A stretch of 64,000 nucleotides of DNA from Monocercomonoides exilis PA203. Lineage: Eukaryota > Protista > Preaxostyla. Made by a program: the position numbers and the translations under genes. The stretch is from assembly GCA_001643675.2 (NCBI GenBank), contig LSRY02000002.1, forward strand, positions 620,001 to 684,000. Reading direction: 5' to 3'. This document shows positions 54,901 through 63,960 of the stretch, in pieces; position 1 is the first letter of the stretch, and each line of letters begins with the position of its first letter. The notes beneath the pieces are model-generated. The model was not told the DNA's origin and ran no database searches. It saw nothing but the letters and a program-made list of their open reading frames with translations.

Positions 54901-55485
54901 TATTTTCAGGCTTGTATTTTCCAGAAGGATTCTTCCTCCGATGCACAGAATTGGTGATTCATCTGCGCATTCCATCATCATCTCCACACACTCGAAATGC
55001 AAAAACGAGTTTCTTCCCACATCAATTCCCTTTCCTTTCTCTGATCCAACAACTTGCAGTTTGCGTATCGCAACTGAAGAATTCCATGCTCCAATCAGAC
55101 ATCTTATAATGCTTTTCACATCTTGTTGTTTGTCATTAGATATCAATAAATCTTTATTATCAATATATTCTTCTCTTCTTTCTCGAGTTTCCTTTTCTGT
55201 TTCTTTTTCAATCTTCTCTTTAACATGCTGTTCTTTCGTTCCGTTCAAAATCAAGTCTTTGAAATGCCTTCCAGAACGTTGAACTTCATTTACCAAATTT
55301 TTATTTTCGTTTTCCATTTCATTGAGTCCTCTTTCAAATGGATTTCTGCCTTTTTCTCTGAAATCAATAGAAATTCCTTTTTCTGCTCCTTCTTGTGCGA
55401 CCACACTTTTCTGGACAGACGAATGGACAATCACCAAAAATATCAATATGCAGATACCATTGCATTTTGCCAATCCCACGCGCAT
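42952..55485 (-). CDS. Giant receptor-like protein: PMP/beta-helix ectodomain, TM helix, degenerate TKL-type kinase domain (pseudokinase)
   Basis: First ATG at 55485 (MRVGLAKCNGICILIFLVIVHSS, signal-like). GGG/CGxxxxPC repeats, TM WLLIVIVLSAILLVVLISLVMFVVRW, and kinase C-lobe RWKAPEL, VFSIGMMLWECLT, RPSL. No recognisable HRD or DFG. Confidence 0.88.
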   Translation of the reverse strand: MRVGLAKCNGICILIFLVIVHSSVQKSVVAQEGAEKGISIDFREKGRNPFERGLNEMENENKNLVNEVQRSGRHFKDLILNGTKEQHVKEKIEKETEKETRERREEYIDNKDLLISNDKQQDVKSIIRCLIGAWNSSVAIRKLQVVGSEKGKGIDVGRNSFLHFECVEMMMECADESPILCIGGRILLENTSLKIVGEEKMMPPMLHPESWSRSENELGEAKIIACSFGSFSLWGSSPFIVSPALGNAEVIGSRFANITVWSQWRFVDGGQYNCKTRLECVEFMRVEDVLDGAIVPPLSMPSSSVVSRNCTYQGNIRHPNKYDIFNGSEGRRELDASASFEDDTFEGCRTDTGSGGALSVKSSFMLLSVTRCNFTGCYAYTGGGAIDATTSKGAMLIEIFFLNNTSETQGGSLNMAGNNGCTITQKCLFKNNRVNEQGRGSAFCLSVYPIDSPTSCLGSDDGNGGQAQVIDCQFVKCLNKGNYGAVMSWSYSSIFAMRSCQFIKCSAVKEGGAIRHHFVKCPGDQTNLKAFFFLFFHECSCTNGENPLGHDVYLTQTSSNVNITSTPFKESYTTNTNEKRLFHTGTGKYEKDWLPTTKKLFTSCFVSTSGNDGDELCGLSDESGCRTISHSLGKCMTQFESRIFLGKGTHISEAGEISAGIRELSVCGEGVEETVVSTSSMMNGDSMFSVTSGRVFVSLFTIEHSHAKHEMKLFVVRGSGSVELKRMRMRPSNGHSSLNAFGASLIMSGAGEGKVGMEQVEIGNFVLEDAPIVGVEGKWKVTISFTTFRNIVRLRGDGSVISKNVAEGEVLQMNNVTMQGCRCESGDGGGIVVRMESGACVRVGNESEVLFGGCEAREGQSSGGGCGGGMMIEVKEGGYDFVIERASFAGCVATKAGSKLFVRGPRLAEVAKRERLKFAIDESNLSEVCGFENGDEANVIPLVVYLRSKPSEYHVGGLNKRDWEMCGFGDVQCASVDYAIRKHGTGAGITVVANSGAVVKGEVELMNGVVVVKGQASPPRVVIESRESGRAEGVITTAGATTSIVNLVISLPASVGEGRSVIACRSGSVEVRQCNFEGGEGERIEYVVMQCIGGKLSVRQVAVSGLSFGGSCMVCVSNNGEGLISQTNISGGTVECENGLVYYASSGKLVVEQTKFEGIRCSLSGIVVGRGGSNLEIEKCTFSRIESTAGNGSGVRCVIGDGESVVIGNSSFSGCCVKKGCGGGVCMEIEAGGYFRMGRSEEETLVEKCRSSLREGVGGCGGGMFLKMEGGSESKGWDYEVCGVAFGTGVGKNEAVRGGDNVFVEAEDLSEAVSGRKFVGVIATDKGRVREAMGFEGGDESFLIPLMFFMIEVEGIAEYVGGVNERDFSGCGFEGYGCATIGKLVGLRFANSEKKIIVNEGFSWSEKVEMSGQKWELKGVERGTNVNVVWGEAGVGNGMIHTTTGTQMANCTFGVLVKSEAVGSLIECIGGDLEMMWCVMRLSGEEGFDGVSGGLLKVEGGGVILDEFVVEGSGEIGFMGVPIDIGGGGKMKVNNSVFGCAWHRGGDGGCIGVESGPGQLRDVHVENCTIKGKCRGGNGLRGGGMIVNQGEGAEVVIEGTKFEGCEVPEGEGEGEGGEGRGLGGGVFLLCSDGVSGFELKGLEFEVCKAWKGKNVFVEGKDLSVIVSGGSMNFERGGMEMGDLMGYERCSTGDTFGIPLVAYLDKFGGTAYVGGESDWGYDHSGCGMAYAPCRTIKQALKVRFGGVVGSGEVVAMESFELKDHVVLELQGVKLKGVIEGGETSVHVRNDGTGEGEGLLETRVNVFVKNISFAVPNEFSAARWECLFACKGEELKLENCQVEQVNGQLKMKYSLIKASGGKVVVNGLKMKNMNTGEFELFELCGGEGVFEGLEIENVVCGAESGLIGVREGSALRVENSTVKGTTMDDGSVVAFEERASVFAKNISVEGKTRKSGNGGVFAGRVGEGQKVEVKESTFVQDVCMGNPSCGGCAFVSVAGKGEFVFDSNRVERCAVVGTAGYGGGVFAELEDREAKYSLREDVFEGNAAAKGLDVFVVCGEPEVMLREDLWMGTVDEESTPEVNVWVVDSVTGTVIDLSVKKYLFPVEGAIVYVEAGRSTAADSCGSEISPCDRFIDGFMNMGEEKTTIQMNNGNWMDYVIDRKGKSLAVRGKSAGCSLEVREHGCFRQSIGDSQTTLTLSRLNFRLPEVASEEVDGLISVSVGMVIVMNCAFGAGSGTDAGEEEAGADVRWETWMRIVRETGGEVRMNQVAVEGVSFGVDGGFVKMEGGMLIMNNTNISNVGGTGKGLIEGSGEAEFGMHKGCVEEVDATDGGVVWMENVRSVEITEGSTFNGCQSAHGDGGGVHCEVSEGSSLCITDGALESCCVNGESGRGGGIYLNVASTRMGDMNFDGLEFAENAGACGRDVFVECEDLNKTVTRSRFRFAVKNGEGEVIVDMKGVDRVRFVEEAVELVVFLVEHKWGEVHVREGGCDMIGCGSEKMPCETFWRGVKNADRETVEGAKILVKGKMRVADWFDVSGIRTVCNGAGTGAVTRCVMEIGEEISGGDGKCVFENSERAGFEGVEFVLPEMLASGQEVVLLSETEDGALSMTDCIFQFESGSVMRYGVMKTSGGKVELVGCSIEKATFSESAFEFRSNVMIEGCAMKKVKAPEEKEGGGMKMIVKGEQTLMLKNTTAEECECSVAFGRGGFLFVDCSGSLIVHPFKLKEVSFKLNSAKVGEHMFVLARDLNKTVTTTSFGFDYQGMKENGNGFVGSDESRNETDLLRYVVGFKSRKIHVSSEGQDVMRCGNVDDPCETLWKGMEQVERTEEMKEIVVEGEARVEDDWTMKNMVVSGVGGEGEEEDVKDELVFSGKGGESVLSEDPFIAYAGTLCVRRMKMVVGGSGGVEKKGVLSGSGTLLEMERCVVGGAGSGGELCGSVVVVKAGVLVVVDVRFERMKVKGCVMMVFEGVSCNLREVRMSSQEYHEGCAISVVSSSINDIGRLENAGGMSGTSVTVNGSTFVMAEREDDGPCVVESVCGGSVKVVVNESTFESCKAGESKKGGVVEFRLNEGGEFRMKGGKIVQSSCSITQGRGGGVYLGTELGGDLNFVFEKVSLSGNNAFVGRDIFVECANISRQINESQFKMDLRQEVYIQGNAIYGVDKRSETPVNLMDLITVYQAATIVVSSVLGKGGRNWRKCGTVEQPCLTLGYGLDHVVAEFNSMLAVDGESEVEMEIDILSMVVRSKSWEMASVKIGSGISYTREYMIGVGGSTAVELVEFKMPRVFPTSHASLFWMEEGNVMFDRVRFSSLEGDGHKASVPILMKCASGKLEMRGCEMEDVCGECLLRCGGAVTVRQLRIGNVECQGGGIVVREGSMVIDELKADRMRTEKGSVVEAEEAAGGDGASSVQVSRAVFVNISSAGENAAAVTSQCERAKLELSNCSFEMCQSLGAKGGVIGVWKSRDVVLDGCRIDGSETESTLKVNADAAEEICRWNGSVADISESEGKVRDTTIWNAHDGALSVSGGEVTIEKGEFLNNNPSITKYPSVRRNIVCSGSGTLDVKSLKGGDGLERNTSLWILNDGCVMRGIGSERESVLFIPILRSVETEENEGTLNIVFRGTLLLPCNLSFMIVKQVGEEKEIVKYSFLEEGYVSETEVKGIAEKELVRSCGEDTEVSVCILFGDAKNPSSTDSFILKNKSEPKTNGDERISEGGKEGKSSWLLIVIVLSAILLVVLISLVMFVVRWRKVKNEAEDLREIVNDNIRKDPKAFEMVTMEMSPEEQWRRAEREAEKKNEERMKKRIYEKSLGHSESSEHLLSESGSTEYILGKDSDKIPEWALEKVEEKEEEEIRKRTPSPSISSTSTTDTSDTESTFVRSESLCPTTSSMSNLVDAMACSSPHEKLIVDLRDSLFMLLHGKNKTKEMAIGTFQEREQTAAQILFWVANLALHSFDEMENPLQSLSNLSPHIVLFSEHMVICIVIHSDFLSSDDSDSSSISSSTVVTSTSDDDDDDSDSLPSSAFEDEDDYYKKECLRWKAPELLMNKKMGATKESVVFSIGMMLWECLTLQIPFGDYEGEVAGQKIVNGERQGCKAIEGSSLCVLIGRCEKQSVEERPSLNELKREFIQRFPAGAVMLTISDAIGLNTGYDGDRRINESGRSGSESCSTTSIHFITDSL

Positions 55486-56522
55486 TGGAAAGAAATTGCT
55501 GCCTGTTTTTCTCTTTCCTGCAACAATGATCAATCACAATTTTCTATTATGGTTAAAATAACTTTTTTTCCAAAAAGGAAAAATTATTTGTCAATAAATT
55601 GCACAGGAAAAAATCGATGAAGTCATAACAAATTCTTTTTGTTTTCGATTCTGTAAGTGAATTATGATAATTCATTCTGTTGAAAAGTGAATCAGTTATA
55701 ACGTTATTTCATCAACAAATTCTTATTGATTGCGTTGATCCAACGGATTCTGCTTTCAGTTGTGTGCAATATCTTTGATTTAACTTATTCTTGAGTAAAA
55801 TTTGAGGTTCAAGAACTTTCGAGAGATATTAATTCCTTTCTCGAATGTTGATCGTTTTGTTGTTTGTCCCTTCAAAATCAAGTGTTAAGCATTTTAGATG
55901 TTGCAGAAGTTCTTATTCCTTATCACGACCTTTGAATGGTTAATGTTTTTCGTTTTCCTTTTGTGTTTCTTTCCTGTTGTTAACTTATCAATCTTTGCGA
56001 AAATTTTGAAGTCCTTATTGAATTTATAAACAGATATCTTCAGCTTTTTCATTGGAAAATTAATCGAGCAAATATTTCACAGAATTTGCAAAAATGGCCC
56101 AAAGAAAAAGGATTTTATTTGACCATTTTATTTCTCAAATTGGCTTCATTCACGTCTTTTGTTGTGCTTCAAATGCTTTCACCTTAGACACAACATTGTG
56201 TTGTTGAAGATCCTAATTCATAGAAATATTTTCTTTGATTTCTTTGTTTTCTTCCCTTCAGGTTTTTCTTTTCATTCTTTGCACTCTCTCTCTCGTTTGA
56301 TAGTCCAATTATAAAAATGTGTAATTTTTCTCTTTCTTACACTTTATTTTATCTCTCTTTCCACATTCTTCATCTTCTTTTTCTTCTTCTTTATTTTCTT
56401 CTTCCCCCATTAACTTCTTCTTCATCGAATCAATAACTCCAACATCTTTTCAAAATGATTTATTTTTCTTTTCGTTTTTGCTTCTGTTTCTCTGAGCATT
56501 TGTCATTCTCCGTTAATTTTTT

Positions 56523-58080
56523 CTACTCTTTTTCTAAAGCACTAACTATATTCCGCTCACACAAAATCCGCAAAGAAGGGATTTCAAACAGAAAATGTGA
56601 TAACAGAGACAGATGAGGCGAATGAGATGCATCCGCCATTGGTGGCAGTCTGATGATGTTGTGGAGCTGAGTTGATGTTGGTGATGGTGCAGTTGGTGAG
56701 GGAGAGGGAGAGGGCAGGGGAGGTGGCAGAGGAGAGGACACAGCTGGCGGGTGAGGCTGTGGAGGTGATGTGGGTGATGTTGGGGAGTTGAGGGTGAGGG
56801 GATTTGTGAGGGAGATGAGGTGGAAGATGCTTTGGCTGTTGAGGGGGAAACGGGTGATTGCTGTGTGGTTGAGAGCGAGGGAGCCAGCAGTGAGGAAGAA
56901 GAGGGGTGTTTTTGTTGTTATGGAGGTTGTTCCTGTGATGGTGGTTGTGTTGAGGTTGAGGGAAGGGGAGTTTTGGGAGAGGTGGAAGAGGATGGGGGTG
57001 ATTTGATTTGAGGAGTTGTGAGCAATGGCGAGGGCAGAGACTGTGAGGGAGCCCTGAGTCTGTTGGAAGAGGGCAGACGAGGCAGATGGATCTGGTGAAG
57101 AAGATGCAGATGAAAATGATGAATATGATGAAAATGATGATGATGACTGTGATGACTGTGAATGTGAGTTTGGTGGTTGGGGAATGCCACTGGAGGCGAT
57201 GGTGGTGGCGGTTGTTCCATTTCCTGTGATAATGGTGCCAACGGCGCTGAAGGTGAGTGTCTGATTAGGAATAAATGTTGAACTGAGGAGGCTGAGGGAG
57301 GCATCTAGTTCATCTGTCATGCATTCAAGAGCATACTCAATTGTGGAGCATGGCTTAAGTTGTGTTGGTCCACACAAATCAACGTTTGTTCCATTATTTG
57401 ATACGATTTTATATGTTGTAATGAGAGGGAGCCAGCTATTATATTCGACATTATCAGCTGTTCCGCAATTCCAGACTCTTTGTGAGAGAGTTGTTGAGCC
57501 ACAATTCTCAAACGGAGATTGGGTGATGCTGCTTCCATTGAAGAACACATTATTTCCCCTTCCATCTGCAGCTGTATTTCCATCAAAGAAACAGAAAGTG
57601 ATAAATTTTGTTCCATTCATCCATGATAATGTGTCTGAAAAATATTGCAGCACCTCCATAATTAGTAGAGACAGTCAATTTATTTCTGATAAACTGGCAA
57701 TCATTAACCAATAATTTCTCTAGTTTGTTGCTTGGAGGATAATTAAATGTGAGAGAGTCAGATGAATCTCCGCCAGAATTTGCGATGCACTTGCAGCTTG
57801 AAAACAGGAATTGGCCAGACGCAGACAAGTCATTCAGCCTTAAATATCATCCAGTTCCACTCCAACTTGTTATTGAACAACTTTCAACTCTGTTTTTTGG
57901 GAATGTACGAACAGAATAAAATTATGAGTTACTGATAAAAACAGCTCCACAATTTGCAGCTAAACGTAATGCGAAATTGGAATTAGCAAAGCAAACTTTT
58001 TAGAATAGCATGCTATATACAGTTCTATCATGGTCACAGGGACAAATTGCAAAATGAGCAGGATGTGACAGTGAAATTTA
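56523..58080 (-). pseudogene. Frameshifted, truncated surface-protein pseudogene (PMP/CGxxxxPC family)
   Basis: Family motifs (FCFFDGNTA, GTNVDLCG...PCSTI, NGGCISF) are spread over different frames, with shifts near 57630 and 56780. The upstream part has stops, and there is no TM or C-terminus. Confidence 0.75.
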
Positions 58081-58949
58081 AATAAATAAAAATGTGATCA
58101 TTTCTAATTTAAAAGAGATAAGAAATATTTGAATTTATGCTTCACTTGCGGTTTTTTATATATTATGCTACTGATTGCGAAGATAAATCTTCAACTCACG
58201 GGCATTGATAATAAAAACAGCAATGACGTATTGAATCATTTAATAATGGTATTATTCTCATTTTTCATTCTAATAAATTTTTATTTATAAGTTGAATGTT
58301 GAAATTTAACAACTATTATTTTCTTATTATGTGATTATCTGTGACTCATTCCTAATGACTCAATTTTTTTATTCTTTCATCACGAAGAGTCTTTTTTTTT
58401 ATTGAAAAGTCGACACTTAAAACTTTCTTGTTTCATCAGGACATCTCATTGATTTTGAACAATTTTCACAACAAACATTTCTTTCGGCATAATAGTATAA
58501 TATAGCATTTTGTCAATTTCACAAATAACACCACATGGGTGATTTTTTTTGAAATCATAAAAAAAGATCAAAAATCGGAAAAATAATAAATATTGTGGAA
58601 CTTTTTGATCACTGAACAAAAATTGATTTTTCATTGACATTAAAATTTTTTATCATAAAATTGGTTCGTTTTATTCATAAAATAAAAATAAAAAAACAAA
58701 CCTTTTTGATATTTTCTGCTCAAATGAATGTGTTGATCAAATTTCAAAAAAAAAAAAACAAAGGATTGAAAAATTCTTTTTCAAAATGAAATGAAGTATG
58801 AAACTCGCAAAACGATCAAATTGATTGAAAACTTTATTGAAAAAGATTTTAAAAGATTGTTATTTGTAATAAAATTTGTTTGACTGTTAAAAAATGAAAA
58901 TTGTGAGTTTTTATTTTTTTTCCCAACTCAACAGCATTGGTAAATCACC

Positions 58950-61900
58950 GATCCGGCTGTGCGGACAAATTGTTTCAGTAAATGAATTAGATAAGTTGGG
59001 GAATCATTCAATTGATGATTTCAACTGACTCTATCTTGTTTTTTTTCTCCTCATTCTTTAAAAGGAAATGATTTTCAAACTTCCTTCTCCATCAGTAACT
59101 TCTTTTCCTTTTGTTTCATCTTTTCAATATCCAAATCCTTCCTTAGAAAATATCGCCAACGTTGTTTGCTTCTATCTTTAGCACTTTCTGTGATATTCAT
59201 CTCGCAGCATAACCTAATTACTCTTTCAGCTCGCAAACCTTTTCTTGAAACACGTTATGTTTTTTACACCAAGTTCACCGGCTGATGTGAAAGTATTGGA
59301 GGAAGAGGCAGAAAGGATGTGTATTTTGTGTGTGAATCCCTTGTCTCTTCTGTGAAGGAACCCTTGTTCGCCTTCATGATAAGCATCACTCAGAAAGACA
59401 ACTCAATTGTTGAATATGGTAGAAAAGATGTATTTGGCGATTGGGATGTCGATTTGTTTATATTTCTCGGTTGACAATACGCAAACACGGTGTATGCAGG
59501 TGGAGCGTCTGGTGCCAAGGAAGTGAATTGTGGTTTGGAGAAAGGATCGTGTATGAATATGAACGACGGGATTGGGCTCCTGAAAAAAGCGCAGAAAAAG
59601 GTGGAGAAGATAAAGACAGAGGAGAATATATGGAAGCAGAAGAGGATGAGGAAGAAGCAGATGAAGCAATAGATTTGTCTGTCTGTCTGTCAGTCTGTCT
59701 GTGTCTGTCTGTGTGTGTGTGTGTTTTACGGGAAAAGGAAAAAGTCTTAAAAGGAAGATTATAAATTTTTTTAATTCCATTCATTCTTTCTCATCCTCTT
59801 CCTCTCTTCTGCTTTTCCTTCTCCTCTCTCTATCTCCTTCTCCATCCTTTACTGCCTCCGCTGCTTCTTCTCTATCATAAGATTCCATCCTTTCTTCTGC
59901 TCTTTCACTTTCGTATTCTCACTGAAGATATCGTGAGAAGGCGCAAAAGAAAAAATTGGAACACAGATTCGGCTGGCGGTGTGCTTTAATACGGCAGAAT
60001 GTTAAAGTGGCTGATGTTGAAGAGGATATGCAAGAGTGGAAAATGGAGGAGAAGGAGTGACAAAAGAATGAGACACTGATGATGAAAAAGCTTTCTAATT
60101 GATTTTGCAGAGAATAAAGAAGAAGAAGAAGAAGAAGAAGAAGAAAAAGAAAAAGAAGAAGAAAAGAAGGGAGATTACAGAGGGTATTGAGAAGAACAAC
60201 GCTGTCAGCTGCAACGGCGAGATCATTGGTGTTGAGATGCACGATGGAGCAGCTGAAGCCATCGTCGAACACGAACAGGTGCGAGGAAGCACTGATGGCG
60301 GAGAGGTTGGTGCGGGAGAGAAAGAATGAAGAAGCCTGTAGAGCACGAAGAGCGGGGCAGGAGAGGTGGACGAAATTTTAATAGAAGATGGATAAAGAAG
60401 TTTTCTCATGAAAACACAAAAGAGTGCGGAGTTGAGGTGGGCATGTTTGCCGGCTGCAGAAAAGAGGGAAGAGTGTGCAGATGCGAAGGAAGAGAGAAAA
60501 AAAAAATTGCAGAAGGTGAGGATGCAGTTGTTGAGAAAAGCGACAATAGCAATGAGATAGTTGTGGCGAAGAAAACAAGTTCAAGATTTCCCGAGGTTTA
60601 ACGACGCGGATGAAAGCAAGGGAGATCGGTGTATCGAAGAAGGAGGAGGCGAAGATTCAGAAGGCGTTGCAGATGGCGTGGTAGATATGGAGGACGGCTG
60701 TGAAGAGTAAAGCGCAGGGGGCAAGCGGGGAGCAGTACTGGCAGGAAGAAGAGTCGGTGTATTATTCGACGAATATCTGGTGGGCGCGGAAGAAGGTGAT
60801 GAAGGGGAGGAGGTCGACATCAAGTACGGGGTCGGTGTTGGTGTGGGAGGAGTCGGAGCAGCTGATGGATGTGTTTGTGGCGAGGGAGGGATGGGTGAAG
60901 TCGAGGGAAAAGATGGACTCATTTATTTGTGCAGGGATGCTGGAGCACTGGATAAAGACATCCTCATCCACGAAGGCATCGTTCAATGCACGGCTGTGGT
61001 TAAAGATAGGGAAATGAATAGAGTATTTTCGAATTCGGTGCAGTCGACAAACATCTCGCTACCTCTGATGGTTGGCCGGAGCAGATACATTGCGTGAGAA
61101 TTTATGATAATATGCCCAACAGCTACTCCAGGCAAAATGGAACAAAGTATCTCCAAACATGGTTCAGCCGAATGCCTGCTTGCGAGGAAATTAAAGCCCT
61201 TGTCTCCTTTCACAAACGCCTTGTTGACCATGATTGCCCAGAAATACTTCACAAAAGAGATGGAGCGAGACGAATCAGTTGCGTCCAACTCAAATCCGTA
61301 AAGTTTATTGAGAAAGCTTAGGCTTGCGCAGATCATGATCCCGTAAAAATGTCCTATATCCATCACAGCCTGAAGCACGCTTCATCGTGTCAACTTCTTT
61401 TTGTTCTTCCTCGTATCGCATCCAGCAAACATCGCATGCACAAGGACAAACTACTTGATGACATCAGTTGCATCTTAGAACATTTCACCACCCAAGTCAT
61501 GGCACTGTGCCTCCCTTTTCCCAGTCGAGGCTGCACACTTCAAAATAATGAACGGTTTATTAGCAGGACAGCCCCTGTCGCCAGCTCGTCTGCAACACCA
61601 CCTCCTTTGGACTTTGTTTGGTTTCTTATTCCCTGACTTGCCTCGCCTTTTCAAACCTCTGCCATATTCACCTGCGCTCCATCTCAAATCCACTTCTGCA
61701 CATGCTCAGAAATCAATTTTCTTCATTGAACAACGCTGCTGCCTTCACGCTGTCGAAATGAAAACATGCTGCTCGCAATTTCTCACGTATTTTGAAGTCG
61801 TTCAGCATCAAACTTTCAGAGTTGAATATTATCATCCTGAAAAATAATCTTTCCTAATCCACAAGTTTCCAGCTGCAACATGAGTTACGCTGTTGGTATG

Positions 61901-62244
61901 GCCAGTTGTATTGGAAGCTGCACAAGCGGCAGAATGCACCAAAAGCTATCAAACTTCTGACTCAAACGATAAGTCAGAAAGATTTTTTTTATCAATTGAT
62001 GTAGAGTTATCAGTGAATTTAGAAGTTTAGCAAACAGGCAGATCAGCTATCGCAGCAAAGGATTGAACGATGTTGCAGTCCAGATAACAGAAGGCAGCAC
62101 CAACTTGGAGGAAGTGGAAGAAGGATAGCGAGAGAGGAAGTTTGAGGAAGATGAAGGAGAAGAAGTGTGGATATCCTGTAAGGAAGTTGTAATAACGTTT
62201 AGGGAGCTTTTGATAAGTCTGAAGTTACGCTTCCCGATTTGCAT
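58950..62244 (-). pseudogene. Decayed coding-like, GC-richer sequence inside the TIR element; identity unknown
   Basis: Clearly more GC-rich than its flanks. The minus frame from ATG 62244 (MQIGKRNFRL...) reads protein-like but has many stops. Strand and frame are uncertain. Confidence 0.45.
59676..59724 (+). repeat. (GTCT)n/(GT)n microsatellite
   Basis: TGTCTGTCTGTCTG...GTGTGTGTGTGTGT. Confidence 0.85.
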
Positions 62245-62825
62245 ATATTTTTGTCAAAACATTTTCTTTTAATATTTTTTTCTATAACTTTTTTGGATAA
62301 ATTTTTTTGATGTGTTTCTTTCTGAGAAACATTTGTTGATAAATAAAAAAAAGTTGCTCACTTTTGCTGATATGATAATAATTTTGTTGTTGAATCATTA
62401 AAAATGAAAACTGCTTTGAAAATTGAGAGATTTCAATAAATGGCTACAGATTAATAATTCCATTTTGATAATAACACATCAATAACCGAAACTACTGCTA
62501 TATTTTCCTATAGAAATTGTCTTAAGCATTATGGAAATAATTTTATTCATGTTTTTGAAACAAGAAAACTGATTATTTGTTCTGTTTTCTGAAGATTTGA
62601 TATTTTCGAATAATTTGTTTAATTTTTTTTCAAAATTTGTAATAGAAACAATTTAAAACAGATTAAAATCAAATAATAATAAATAACATTATTATATTTA
62701 ACAATATTTTCATGCAATTTCTAATATAAAATTCTTTCCCACCACACCCATTATGAAAATATTTTTTGATCAAACGTCGGAATTTTTTATGATATCAAAA
62801 AAAATCACCCACATTCTGATTATTT

Positions 62826-63079
62826 GGGTGATTATTTTTGAAATCATAACTTTTTTTTGTATGTTTGTTTTTCAAAGGTTGTTTCTATTTTCATGGAGGT
62901 TTTGTATTCGAATGATGAATTTATTTCATCTGTATTAAAAACAAATGTTAAAGCCGAAATAAAGATGATTATGTCATTTGAAAGTCTTTTCCTTTCTTTG
63001 TGTTCTTTTTTTGATGTTCAAGAAAATTATTCGAATCGATTATTTTGCAACAAAAATGTGATTTCGAAAATAATCACCC
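62826..63079. mobile_element. 254-bp MITE of the GGGTGATT family
   Basis: GGGTGATTATTTTTGAAATCA ... TGATTTCGAAAATAATCACCC (20/21 match). Flanks ATTT/ATAT. Confidence 0.75.
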
Positions 63080-63720
63080 ATATTTGTTGTCTGAAGCACG
63101 TGTTGTACAATAAAAGTTTGCGGAAGTGTGTGTTTGACAAAAAATAAAAAATAAATCATTTCTTTTTTATCATTATTCGAATTTCAACCAAAAAATGCAT
63201 TTTGAAGCAATTATCACTATCTCCATTTCCTTAATAAACATCTCAATCAAAAAATATTTTTTTTCATCTTTTGCATAATCGGATCTCAGTTTGATGTGTT
63301 TTTTTCTAATTTTGATTTTTTTATCATGTCCCATTAATTATTTGAAATAAAGAATTTTCCAATTATTTCGATTTCATGAAAAAACATTTCCTCACATAAT
63401 CATTAGCATTAAAAACAATGATTTAATATTTGTCAACATACCATGTTGTTTTTTTTCGATTTCAGTGAATATCATTAAGTGACATTATGCCTTTCTTTCG
63501 ATTTCATGAATTGAACAAAAGCTTGAAATCGCTGTTAAAGGGAAGATGCTTTAATCATTGAGAGATTTGAAGAGATTGTTGTGAATTCAAACAAAAAATA
63601 AAAATGTTCTGTAAAAATTGAAAATGAACAGTTGCAGCTTATCCAAAAGAATAACACAATAATGTTAAATCAAAATACCAAAAAGCAGATAGGGAAATAG
63701 TGATAATGAAAAACACACAT

Positions 63721-63960
63721 GGGTGATTCTTTTTGAAAAGTCACAAATGTTTGATTTACAAATAAATCTGAAATATCATATTTTACTCATATTTCTGTTT
63801 CAGCTCACAAATCTCCTCAAGAATGTTTGAAACAGCATTATCAAGAAATAGATTCCATTTAAGTGAAGTTTGATATTTGTTAACAAAATATTTAGCCAAA
63901 TATGATATTTAAGATTTATTTGAAAATTAAACATTTGTAACTTTTCAAAAAGAATCACCC
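63721..63960. mobile_element. 240-bp MITE of the GGGTGATT family with ACAT target duplication
   Basis: ACAT|GGGTGATTCTTTTTGAAAAGTCACAAATGTTTGATTT ... AAATTAAACATTTGTAACTTTTCAAAAAGAATCACCC|ACAT (35/37 match). Confidence 0.88.

Larger units (their letters stand above)
58537..62810. mobile_element. 4.3-kb TIR-bounded element, flanked by ACAT direct repeats
   Basis: Left end GGGTGATTTTTTTTGAAATCATAAAAAA versus right end (reverse complement) GGGTGATTTTTTTTGATATCATAAAAAA, 27/28 identical. ACAT at 58533-58536 and 62811-62814. Confidence 0.7.

Noticed and set aside
60983-61693. MULE-transposase-like words (FELDAT; CCRRAGDRGCPA) in cargo ORFs
   Set aside because: Short matches with no complete DDE/CxxH pattern, and the 4-bp flanking repeat does not fit the 9-11-bp MULE TSD.
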